A stretch of DNA of 64,000 nt from Verrucomicrobiota bacterium (GTDB lineage: Bacteria > Verrucomicrobiota > Verrucomicrobiia > Limisphaerales > SXTU01): contig JACRKB010000189.1 of NCBI GenBank assembly GCA_016235545.1, forward strand, positions 1,863 through 65,862. Reading direction: 5' to 3'. The notes under the pieces were generated by a model, which worked only from the letters and a program-made list of their open reading frames with translations, was not told where the DNA came from and made no database searches. Both the position numbers and the translations under genes were made by a program. Numbering within the stretch: the stretch's first letter is position 1; each line of letters starts with the position of its first letter. Positions 28,180 through 36,902 of this stretch are shown here, piece after piece.

Positions 28180-29145
28180 TCAGGCTGCGTTGATTTCTTT
28201 GAACATGTCGGGAATGTGAATTCGAGAGCCGCCTTGCTCGCGGCTGCGACGGCCAGCGATGAGGATCGCCATCAGCTCGATGGTCTGGCTGAAATCAAAC
28301 GGCGCGCGGCCCGTTTGCAGCAGCCCGATGAACGACACCAACTGCGCGCGGAAGGCCGTGTAGTAATCGCGGCAGAGCAATGGCAGTTGAGATTTCGTGC
28401 CATAGAGATGGACGGCACCGAAACTGCCGCCCGCGTCATGGATCGCGCCCAGCGTCACTGGCACACCGCTCCGATGCGTGAGCTGCACGATGTCGCTCCC
28501 CTCGCGATGCGTGACCTGCGCCGTCTCAAAGCCGGGGCCGAGCAGCGGATAAACGGCCTCCAGCGCGTGGATGCCGTAGCGTTCCCAGCTCTTGCAGGTG
28601 AAGCTGGTAATCCATCGCAACTCACCAAGCGCCGCTCGCTGTTCCGCGCTGAGCTGCAACTCCGGGGCATACCTCATGCCGCTGCTGCTGAGAATGACTT
28701 TACCGGCGCGCTGCCATTGCACGAACTGCCGCAGGTCGGCCAAGTTTGTCGCCATCGGCTTGTCCACGAACACCGGCAGGCCGGCTTCGACGAAAGGCGC
28801 AACTCGTCGCACATGATCGTCGCCATCGTCCGTGGCGATCACAACCGCGTCCACATGGCCGATGACGTCTTCCGGTTTGCCCGCGATATGCCCGATCAAA
28901 CTCGCCGCGGCCACCTTCGGAGCATCCGCAGGATCGTCCGTCCAGACGTGCGTGACGCGCGCCCCGGGGATGCGAACGCTCTCGAACGCCTGCTTGCCGA
29001 GGTAGTCGAGGATCGTGGGATAGGGACAGCGCGCCATCGCCGCGCGGTCGTAGCCATTGATGATGGCGCTCCAAGAATACGGATGCCCGTTGCCCTCGAT
29101 CATGCCGAGCATCGCTAGACGGAGTTCTTTCCGGTCCGTGTTCAT
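28180..29145 (-). CDS. Gfo/Idh/MocA family oxidoreductase-like protein
   Basis: Start MNTDRKELRLAMLGMIEGNGHPYSW, chosen because of an ATGA overlap with the upstream gene. The fold is called from overall similarity: VDAVVIATDDGDDH, FVDKPMA. Confidence 0.6.
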   Translation of the reverse strand: MNTDRKELRLAMLGMIEGNGHPYSWSAIINGYDRAAMARCPYPTILDYLGKQAFESVRIPGARVTHVWTDDPADAPKVAAASLIGHIAGKPEDVIGHVDAVVIATDDGDDHVRRVAPFVEAGLPVFVDKPMATNLADLRQFVQWQRAGKVILSSSGMRYAPELQLSAEQRAALGELRWITSFTCKSWERYGIHALEAVYPLLGPGFETAQVTHREGSDIVQLTHRSGVPVTLGAIHDAGGSFGAVHLYGTKSQLPLLCRDYYTAFRAQLVSFIGLLQTGRAPFDFSQTIELMAILIAGRRSREQGGSRIHIPDMFKEINAA

Positions 29146-30164
29146 TCGATGGTGACGGGGAGGCCCGTGTCCGCTGAGCGAAGCGCCGCCTGGTTGAATT
29201 TCAACGTCTGCACCGCCTGCTCGAAAGTGCAAATCGGCGTCGCCCGGCCTTCCATGCCGTCGAGGAAAGCGTTCGCTTGCGCGATGAACAAGTCATCGCG
29301 CTCCAGCGGCGGCGTCTTCTGCCATGACCAGTCTTTGTCGCCTGTCCGCAGCACCCCCCAGCGTTGTTGGTGGCCCTCGATCTTGAGGCTGCCGCGCTCG
29401 CAGTGGATCAGAATGGTCGTCTCGTTGGGCGATTGGAACTGGTTCATCGCGTAGCTCACCAGCACCGAGCCGTGACGTGCCGTGACGTTGACCGTGTCTT
29501 CCACGGTGACGCCCTCCAGCGCCTGATGCGCGGCATCGCAAAAGACGCGCGTGCCGGGGCCGATGAGCCATTCCACGGCGTTCAACAGATGTGTGAGGGC
29601 ATCCTGCACCGCGCCGCCGCCCTGCTCCCGGCGTGCGTAGTAGATGTCCCGATACGCGGGCCGGAAGGTGGGGAAATGCTGCCCGGCAGTGATGCTGGCG
29701 TGCAGGGCCTTGCCCAGTCCGCCGCCGCTCAACAGCCCGCGTGCGCCCGCGAGCCAAGGCATGACATGATATACGTAGGCCACGGCCACAAAGCGTCCGG
29801 AGCTGGCGATGGCGGCGCGCACGGCGGGCACGAGCGCGTCATCAATTGAGAGGGGTTTCTCGATGAATACATGCATGCCGGCGGAAAGGAGTTTCACCGC
29901 CATCGGCAAGTGCAGCGGGGCTGGCGTGCAGATCACGGCGGCATCGAAGCGCGAACCGGCTAGCGCCGCATCCAGCGAGGCAAACACCGGCACGGCATAC
30001 TTCTCCCTCATGCTGCCCAGCAACGCGGCGTTGCTGTCGCACGCCGCGACAGCGCAGCGCGCGGTCCGCTGAAAGCAGCGCAGGTGCCGTTCGCCGATGC
30101 TGCCGCAGCCGATGATGAGGACGGAACTCAAGCGCGCAGAGCATCGGCATTCTGCGCCGCGCAT
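29142..30164 (-). CDS. Gfo/Idh/MocA family NAD(P)-dependent oxidoreductase
   Basis: VLIIGCGSIGERHLRCF Rossmann start, AAVICTPAPLH, FIEKPLS. The start at 30164 is the only in-frame ATG. Confidence 0.8.
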   Translation of the reverse strand: MRGAECRCSARLSSVLIIGCGSIGERHLRCFQRTARCAVAACDSNAALLGSMREKYAVPVFASLDAALAGSRFDAAVICTPAPLHLPMAVKLLSAGMHVFIEKPLSIDDALVPAVRAAIASSGRFVAVAYVYHVMPWLAGARGLLSGGGLGKALHASITAGQHFPTFRPAYRDIYYARREQGGGAVQDALTHLLNAVEWLIGPGTRVFCDAAHQALEGVTVEDTVNVTARHGSVLVSYAMNQFQSPNETTILIHCERGSLKIEGHQQRWGVLRTGDKDWSWQKTPPLERDDLFIAQANAFLDGMEGRATPICTFEQAVQTLKFNQAALRSADTGLPVTIE

Positions 30165-30178
30165 AAAAGCCGATTCCT

Positions 30179-30199
30179 CTGGTCACATATTGCGACCAA
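30179..30199. promoter_or_regulatory. Candidate GntR-type operator CTGGTC-N9-GACCAA in a divergent promoter
   Basis: Same half-sites and same 9-nt spacing as 7883-7903, with 11 of 12 half-site bases identical. It lies 15 nt upstream of the minus-strand operon start and 83 nt upstream of the plus-strand aldolase start. Confidence 0.4.
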
Positions 30200-30281
30200 G
30201 AGCTTGGGTTTGCTCGCGGCAACCAGATGGGGGAGGATGCCCTCCCAGAAAGATCGAAACCAAAGCGCGACGCCTCCAGTC

Positions 30282-31106
30282 ATGAGAAAATCGAAAATCC
30301 TCGCCAAGCTCCGCTCCGGCAAAGTCGCCCGCGTCGCCTGCACCGGCTCGCCCATCTGCATGTTCCCGGCGCTCGCCGCACACTTCCACTACGACGGCGT
30401 CTGGGTGGACGCCGAGCATCGCACCTGGGATCCGCACGAGGCGCAGGCCATGATCGCCAATCATCATGCGGCGGACATTGACTGCCTCTGGCGCGCGGTG
30501 ACGAAGGAGAAGACGGCGCTTTACCGACTCCTCGAGGAAGGCGCATCCGGCCTTATGATTCCCCATGTCGGGACGCCGGATGAAGCGCGTGCCCTCGTGC
30601 AGGCCGTGAAGTTTCCGCCGCTGGGCGACCGTGGCCTGTGCGGCGGCGGACGCGACGCGAACTTCTGGGTCGGTGCGCCGAAGGACTACACCACGCAGGC
30701 GAATCGCGAGACATTTCTCACGGTGCAAATCGAGACGCCGGAAGCGCTCGCCAACGCCGAGGCCATCGCCGCCGTGCCGGGCGTGGACGTGCTTTTCATC
30801 GGTCCCGGCGACATGTCGTTGCGGCTCGGCTGCACCGCCGCTGTCAGCGATTCGAAGATGCTGGAGGTGCAAAAGCAAATCGCCGCCGCCTGTCGCAAGC
30901 ACGGCAAGGCCTGGGGCCGTCCCGTGGGCACGGCTGACGACGCGCGCACCATCATTGAACTGGGCGCACAACTCGTGGTTCTGGGCAGCGAGTTTGGAGC
31001 CTTGCACAAGCATCTGTCCGAATGCTCCGACCAGTTCGATGGCTTGCTCGACGAAAAGGCCGGCGCACCCGCAACTCCTCTTCCGGCGACCGGCAGGACC
31101 TACTGA
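30282..31106 (+). CDS. HpcH/HpaI family class II aldolase (second copy)
   Basis: MRKSKILAKLRSGK, DGVWVDAEHRTWD, LMIPHVGTPDEARALVQAVKFPPLGDRG, VQIETPEALANAEAIAAVPGVDVLFIGPGD. Confidence 0.8.
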   Translation: MRKSKILAKLRSGKVARVACTGSPICMFPALAAHFHYDGVWVDAEHRTWDPHEAQAMIANHHAADIDCLWRAVTKEKTALYRLLEEGASGLMIPHVGTPDEARALVQAVKFPPLGDRGLCGGGRDANFWVGAPKDYTTQANRETFLTVQIETPEALANAEAIAAVPGVDVLFIGPGDMSLRLGCTAAVSDSKMLEVQKQIAAACRKHGKAWGRPVGTADDARTIIELGAQLVVLGSEFGALHKHLSECSDQFDGLLDEKAGAPATPLPATGRTY

Positions 31107-31111
31107 GCACC

Positions 31112-32350
31112 ATGAACCCCTGGCACATCCTCACCGCAGTCACGATTTCCGTTGCGCTTCATTCAAGCCTTCCCGCCGCCGAGGCTCCCGCCTTCGACAT
31201 TAAGCTCGACACCATCAGCACCGGCTTCGACAAGAAATCCTGCTGGGTGCATCCGCGCGCTGGCACCATTCCGGGGGCGGTGCCGAAGGTGGTGCTCACG
31301 ATGCAGAAGGCGATGCTCGTGGGCAGCGACATTTTTTATGCGCTCAACGAGATGCGAACCGATGACCTCGGCAAGACTTGGTCCGGCCCCGTTGAGCACA
31401 CCGCGACGCTGGGCCGCCGCGATGAACCGAATGGCGTCGTCGTGGCGGCGAGCGACTTCTGGCCCAAGTGGCACGCGAAGTCCGGCAAGCTCCTCGGCAT
31501 CGGCCACAATGTCCGTTATCAGAACAACAAGGTCATGCCCGCACCCGTCCGTTCGCGCGAGACGGTCTTCTCCATCTACGACCCGGACAAACGCGCTTGG
31601 ACCGCCTGGGAACCGCTGGCGATGCCGGACGAACCGCGCTTCTTCAACTCCGGTGCCGGCTGTGTGCAGCGGCTCGACCTGCCCGACGGCGATATTCTGC
31701 TGCCGGCATATTTTTCGGCGAAGGGCGGCAAATTCAGCCGCGTTGCCGTGCTGCGCTGCGGCTTCGACGGACAGAAGCTCAGCGTGAAAGCCGTCGGCAA
31801 CGAGCTCAGCGTGGACTCAGATCGCGGTGTGCATGAGCCGTCACTCACGAAGTTTCGGGGCCGATATTATCTGACCATCCGCCACGACCAGCGCGCCTAC
31901 ATCACCACCAGCGGCGATGGGCTGAACTACGGCGCGCTCAAGCCTTGGACCTGGGACGACGGCTCCGACCTCGGCAGCTACAACACGCAAGCGCACTGGG
32001 TCACGCACGACGAGGCGCTGTTCCTTTGCTACACGCGGCGCGGCGCGATGAACGACCACATCCCGCGCAATCGCGCGCCGCTGTTCATCGGCCAAGTGGA
32101 CCCGGAGAAGCTCCACGTCCTCCGCGCCACCGAGCGCGTGCTGATGCCGCAGCGCGGCGCGAAGCTCGGCAACTTCGGCATCACCGAGGTGAATGAAAAT
32201 GAAACCTGGGTGACCGACGCGGAATGGATGCAGACCAGCGGCCCGAACTACGCCGACTTCACACAGTGCACGAAATACGGTTCGGACAACGCGGTGTTCG
32301 CCGCGCGCATCCAATGGAAGAAGCCCAACACGACTTGGAACCAGCGCTGA
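31112..32350 (+). CDS. Secreted sialidase-superfamily-like beta-propeller (degenerate Asp-boxes), paralog of 50934-52190
   Basis: Signal peptide. One clear Asp-box-like element (TDDLGKTWSGP) and partial ones (SGDGLNYG). There are long conserved blocks shared with 50934-52190: EPSLT.F.GRY.LT.R, GSYNTQ.HW, YTRRGA.NDHI.R.RAPLF, RGA.LGNFG. Confidence 0.5.
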   Translation: MNPWHILTAVTISVALHSSLPAAEAPAFDIKLDTISTGFDKKSCWVHPRAGTIPGAVPKVVLTMQKAMLVGSDIFYALNEMRTDDLGKTWSGPVEHTATLGRRDEPNGVVVAASDFWPKWHAKSGKLLGIGHNVRYQNNKVMPAPVRSRETVFSIYDPDKRAWTAWEPLAMPDEPRFFNSGAGCVQRLDLPDGDILLPAYFSAKGGKFSRVAVLRCGFDGQKLSVKAVGNELSVDSDRGVHEPSLTKFRGRYYLTIRHDQRAYITTSGDGLNYGALKPWTWDDGSDLGSYNTQAHWVTHDEALFLCYTRRGAMNDHIPRNRAPLFIGQVDPEKLHVLRATERVLMPQRGAKLGNFGITEVNENETWVTDAEWMQTSGPNYADFTQCTKYGSDNAVFAARIQWKKPNTTWNQR

Positions 32351-32413
32351 AGCCACGAATCCAACTATCCGGGCACTTCGCCAGCTTGACCCGGTTTCAA
32401 TGACTCAACTCGC

Positions 32414-34072
32414 ATGACCAAGATTTCCACTCTCCTCTGCCGACTCCTTGGCGCGATCTTGTTGCCGCTGCTTGAGGGGTTGGGATTCGCGGCTGAAAAG
32501 CAACCTGACATCACCATGCTCGGGCAGCGTGTCGAGCATCGGGCCACACTGCTGGCGATTGATGATGCGTCGTTGCCGTTGCGAAAGAACCTGGGGCTTT
32601 ACTTGAGCAAGCCCAAGGTGCGCGCCGAGGCCGTGTTGAAACCCAGTTCGTTCGGCAGCGGCGCGCCGGATGATCTCGCGGCGCACTTCTATGGCACCGT
32701 GCTGCAGGACGGCGACAAGTTCCGCATGTGGTATTACGCCTGCCATTGGGGCAAGAATCCTGACTGGTCGCCGCGCCTGATGCAGCAGGTGGCGAAGGCT
32801 TCCTACGGCCCGCTTTACCAAGGGCCGCTGTGTTACGCCGAGAGTGACGACGGCATCACCTGGAAGAAGCCGGAACTCGGGCAGGTGCTCTTCAAAGGCA
32901 GCAGCAAGAACAACGCGCTCGCCCTGCCGCACACGGTGGTCAGCGGTGCAATCGTCATCAAGGACGCCGCCGACCCGAATCCGGCTCGACGCTACAAGAT
33001 GACCTACCAATTCTTCCCCGAGTTCAGCCAGCCCACCGTCGCGGAATACGGCCGTCAACCTTCGGTGGCGCTGGCCGTGTCGCCTGATGGCTTGAAGTGG
33101 CAGGTGATCGGCATTCCGTTTCGCAATCAGTTCGTCGAGCCGTCCAGCTTCGTCAAACACGCGGGTCACTACGTCATTCACTATCAGGCGGCGGGCAGCT
33201 TGGGCGGCTACTTTGCGGAAGGTGGCACGTCCAGCGGACGGACCGGAGTGGCGCGCATCACCATGGATTTTGCGCGCTGGCCCGACGCGCTCGCTGAGGC
33301 GTTCGCGCTGGCCGAGCCCGAGGATAAATCCAAACGCGGCTTGAGTGGCGACTACGATCAAGCGCATCTCGGTGTCGGCGCGGCCAGCTTTGGCAACGTC
33401 TGCGTCGGCCTCTACGGTCTCTGGCACAATGCGAATTTCAGCCAGGCATTCGATCAAATCTCCTGCGACTTCGGCCTGCTCGTCTCCAACGACGGCGTGA
33501 AGTTTCGTGAGCCGGTGAAAGGCCACCGCTTCCTGCGTCGGGAGGACTCACTGGTCACACCCGTGCCAGGTCGCGACTTCAACACCATCCTCTGCCAGGC
33601 CAACGGCATCCTCAACGTCGGCGACGAGACGCGGATATACCACGGTCGCTGGCGCAACGCGGCCAAACGTGCCGAGAAGGATGATCTCAAGCATTACTAT
33701 GCCGAGGTCGCCCTGGCCACGCTGCCGCGAGATCGCTGGGGCGCGCTAGGGCTTCATCCGGGTGCCAATGAAGGCACCGTGTGGACTGCGCCCATGACGA
33801 TCAACAAGCCCGGATGCGAGGTGACGCTCAATGCCGATGGTGTGCAAGGCATGAGCGTGGAGATCGCCGACGGGAGCTTCGCACTGTTGCCAGAATACTC
33901 CGGCGCCAACGCGGGAATCGTCTCCGCCAAGGACGGGCTCGATTGCCAGGTGAAATGGCCCAAGGCCAGCCTCGATGCACTGGTCGGCAAGACCGTGCGC
34001 CTGCGCTTTCAACTGAAGAAGGGCGACCATGTCGAGCCTCGACTCTTTGCCGCGCATGTGACCGTCGAGTAG
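32414..34072 (+). CDS. Secreted Asp-box beta-propeller glycosidase-like protein (paralog of 12056 and 19393)
   Basis: Signal peptide. FRMWYYACHW, ESDDGITWKKPELG, SPDGLKWQV, VSNDGVKFRE. The C-terminal ~100 aa look like a beta-sandwich tail, as in 19393. Confidence 0.55.
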   Translation: MTKISTLLCRLLGAILLPLLEGLGFAAEKQPDITMLGQRVEHRATLLAIDDASLPLRKNLGLYLSKPKVRAEAVLKPSSFGSGAPDDLAAHFYGTVLQDGDKFRMWYYACHWGKNPDWSPRLMQQVAKASYGPLYQGPLCYAESDDGITWKKPELGQVLFKGSSKNNALALPHTVVSGAIVIKDAADPNPARRYKMTYQFFPEFSQPTVAEYGRQPSVALAVSPDGLKWQVIGIPFRNQFVEPSSFVKHAGHYVIHYQAAGSLGGYFAEGGTSSGRTGVARITMDFARWPDALAEAFALAEPEDKSKRGLSGDYDQAHLGVGAASFGNVCVGLYGLWHNANFSQAFDQISCDFGLLVSNDGVKFREPVKGHRFLRREDSLVTPVPGRDFNTILCQANGILNVGDETRIYHGRWRNAAKRAEKDDLKHYYAEVALATLPRDRWGALGLHPGANEGTVWTAPMTINKPGCEVTLNADGVQGMSVEIADGSFALLPEYSGANAGIVSAKDGLDCQVKWPKASLDALVGKTVRLRFQLKKGDHVEPRLFAAHVTVE

Positions 34073-34096
34073 TTGTCACCCAGAAGTGATCCAGCC

Positions 34097-34972
34097 ATGG
34101 ACTTCCACAAATATCTCCGTCACATCACTTCTGCCACGCTGCTTGTTGTCCTCATGGCGTCGTGTTCCCAAGCGGCGGAAACAAAAGCGCCGATGCAAAT
34201 GCTCCGCACGCCTGGCAACGTCCGCTTCGGCATCATCGGCGGGCAGACGGGGGCGATGTCTGCGACGTTGCTCGTGGTGGCGATGAGCATCGAGGACATG
34301 CAGCGCGAACCGGTGTTCACTGAAGTGTCCCGGCTCCTGGTTGAGCAGGGATTCCTGAGCATTGTTATTGAGCCTCCGTGTCACGGCGAAGATCGCAAAC
34401 CTGATGAGCCGGATGGACTCGCGGGTTGGCGTCATCGTCTTGATCGCGATGAGAACGTGGTGCAATTGTTCAACACCAAAGCGCGGGCGGTGCTTGACCA
34501 TGTCATCGCCCAAGGCCTTGCCGATCCCGGTCGCGTCGCCATCTGCGGGACTTCGCGCGGCGGTTTCCTCGCCTTCCACTTCGCCGCCAGCGAACCCCGG
34601 ATCAAAGCCGTCGCTGGTTTTTCGCCCGTTTCTGATCTGCAGGGCTTGACCGAGTTCAAAGGCGCGGCGACCGGCAGTCTTGCTGAAAAGCTGGCGCTGA
34701 GGCACATCGCTCCGCAACTCATCGGTAGGCCAGTGTGGTTGAGCATCGGCAACCACGACGGGCGAGTGGACACCGACAGTGCCATCGCCTTCACTCGCGC
34801 GCTCGTTCATGCGAGCGCCCGGCAGAGCAAGGAGGCGAAACCACTGATTCCAGTCGAGTTGATCGTCGCTCCGACTGCGGGCCACTCCAAAATCGATCAC
34901 GCCCACGAACTCCTCGCCGCCTGGTTGGCGAAAGTAATGCCGCCCATTCCACCCGCACCTAAACACCAGTAG
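34097..34972 (+). CDS. Secreted alpha/beta hydrolase (dienelactone hydrolase/esterase-like)
   Basis: Signal peptide with ASCSQA. Nucleophile elbow VAICGTSRGGFLAF (G-x-S-x-G). C-terminal AGHSK supplies a candidate catalytic His. Confidence 0.65.
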   Translation: MDFHKYLRHITSATLLVVLMASCSQAAETKAPMQMLRTPGNVRFGIIGGQTGAMSATLLVVAMSIEDMQREPVFTEVSRLLVEQGFLSIVIEPPCHGEDRKPDEPDGLAGWRHRLDRDENVVQLFNTKARAVLDHVIAQGLADPGRVAICGTSRGGFLAFHFAASEPRIKAVAGFSPVSDLQGLTEFKGAATGSLAEKLALRHIAPQLIGRPVWLSIGNHDGRVDTDSAIAFTRALVHASARQSKEAKPLIPVELIVAPTAGHSKIDHAHELLAAWLAKVMPPIPPAPKHQ

Positions 34973-34975
34973 TCC

Positions 34976-35935
34976 GTGAAAAAGCGCTATCGCCCCTGCG
35001 TCCTCGCCACGTGCTGTGTGCCGTGGCGTGAGAACGACACCTTTGCCGAGGACATCTTCCGCCGCTCGGTGCGCCACCTCATCGCGCATGGCATAAACGA
35101 CCTCTACACCTTCGGCACAGCGGGCGAAGGCTATGGCGTCACTGAAAGACAATTCGACGAGGTCACCTGCGTGTTTCTCGATGAGACTCGCGGTGATGGC
35201 GTGCAGGGCATGGTGGGTCTCATCAGCCTTTCGCTGCCGACCGTCATCGACCGCATCGAGCGGGCAAGAGGAATGGGCGCGCGGCGATTTCAATTGAGCC
35301 TACCAAGCTGGGGCGCGCTGAGTGACGCAGAGATGAGGACGTTCTTTCGCGAGACCTGCGGACGTTTTCCCGACTGCGAATTCCTGCACTACAATCTCAT
35401 GCGCACCGGCCGCATCATCACAGGCACCGATTATGGCCGCCTCGCCGCGGAGCATCCCAATCTCGTCGCCACCAAGAACAGCACGGCGGACGAGCAGCGG
35501 CTGCGCAGCCTCATGCAGGACGCGCCGCAGCTCCAGCACTTCATCACCGAGGCGGGATTCGCCAAGGCTGCCGAGCTTGGTGAATGCGGGCTTCTCATCT
35601 CCTTTGCTTCCTCGAATCCGGCTCTGGGGCTGGAATACTTCCGCGCCGGGCACGAACGAAACTTCACCTTGCTCCGCGAGATCGAGCAGGAACTCAGCGT
35701 CCTGGCGTCCGACCTGGTGGCAACCGTTGCGGGCGGCGCGCACATGGACGGTGCGTTCGACAAGATGTTCTGCCGCCTGCACGATGCCGGATTTCCTCTG
35801 CGCCTTCTGCCGCCTTATGCGTCCATAAGTGACGAGACCTTTCAGCGCTACGCGGAAGTTTTGCGCACGAAGCATTCACGCTGGATGCCTGAGTGTGCAG
35901 TTGCAGCAAGCCAAACAATCGCTTGCGGAGGCTGA
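34976..35935 (+). CDS. DapA/NanA (DHDPS) family class I pyruvate aldolase
   Basis: GTG start. TFGTAGEGYGVT matches the GT(T/A)GE motif. NLVATKNSTAD provides the Schiff-base lysine context. Length ~319 aa. Confidence 0.65.
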   Translation: MKKRYRPCVLATCCVPWRENDTFAEDIFRRSVRHLIAHGINDLYTFGTAGEGYGVTERQFDEVTCVFLDETRGDGVQGMVGLISLSLPTVIDRIERARGMGARRFQLSLPSWGALSDAEMRTFFRETCGRFPDCEFLHYNLMRTGRIITGTDYGRLAAEHPNLVATKNSTADEQRLRSLMQDAPQLQHFITEAGFAKAAELGECGLLISFASSNPALGLEYFRAGHERNFTLLREIEQELSVLASDLVATVAGGAHMDGAFDKMFCRLHDAGFPLRLLPPYASISDETFQRYAEVLRTKHSRWMPECAVAASQTIACGG

Positions 35936-36020
35936 CCGGCCATTGAACCGCGTGACACATACACCGCCCTTTCCTGGCCGAGCAAGCCCGTGAGCAAACG
36001 ATGCAGCGGACAATCCCACC

Positions 36021-36803
36021 ATGAACACGAATCCGTTTGATTTGACCGGCCAGGACCACTGGGTCGTCGGGGGCGCGGGCTACCTTGGACAGCCAATCGT
36101 GAAGTTGCTCGCGAGCCTCGGCGCGCGGGTGTTGTGCATCGACATCGAAGATCGGGCGGTGAATTTTATCGAGAGCGCCGGACTGGCTTCTCAAGTCACC
36201 GCTGGCCGGATCGATGCGAATGACACCGAGGCCGCGCAGCAGTTTGTCGCGTCGCAACTCTCCACGCGCGGTGTGCCGCACGGTTTGGTGATGATGAACT
36301 ACGCCTCCACGGCGAAACGGCTCGAAGAGCTTTCGGCGGAGGACTTTGACCGCGTGAACCACGGCAATCTCACCTCAACCTTCATGTTCGCTCGCGCCGT
36401 CGCCACTGCGATGCGCGGCGAGAAGCGCGGCTCCGTGGTGCTGTTCTCCAGCATGTATGGCAGCGTCGCGCCCGACCCTGCGATCTACCGGGCGCCGCAG
36501 ACGCCGAACCCGATAGAATACGGCGTCAACAAGGCGGGCATCCAGCAGATGGCGCGCTACCTGGCGATGCACTTCGGTCCCGACGGCGTGCGCTGCAACG
36601 CGATCTCTCCCGGCCCGTTTCCAAACCCGGAATCGCAGCGCGTGAATACGCACATGATCGCGAGCCAGAATCTCAAAGTGCCGCTCGCCCGCATCGGCCA
36701 GGCGGAGGAGATCGCGGGCGCGGTCGCCTTCCTCGTCAGCGATGCCTCGACCTATGTCACTGGCATCAATCTCCCCGTGGATGGCGGCTGGACGGCTTGG
36801 TGA
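36021..36803 (+). CDS. SDR family oxidoreductase
   Basis: VVGGAGYLGQPIV glycine-rich loop, YGVNKAG (YxxxK), C-terminal ASTYVTGINLPVDGGWTAW. Confidence 0.85.
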   Translation: MNTNPFDLTGQDHWVVGGAGYLGQPIVKLLASLGARVLCIDIEDRAVNFIESAGLASQVTAGRIDANDTEAAQQFVASQLSTRGVPHGLVMMNYASTAKRLEELSAEDFDRVNHGNLTSTFMFARAVATAMRGEKRGSVVLFSSMYGSVAPDPAIYRAPQTPNPIEYGVNKAGIQQMARYLAMHFGPDGVRCNAISPGPFPNPESQRVNTHMIASQNLKVPLARIGQAEEIAGAVAFLVSDASTYVTGINLPVDGGWTAW

Positions 36804-36902
36804 AAAATGAAAACGCGGCGCAACTGCCGAGAGATTGAGGGCGCGGAAGAAATTGATTGCGAGCTCATTAGTAGATTGGCAGTCTAGAACAAGAATCCAC
36901 TC

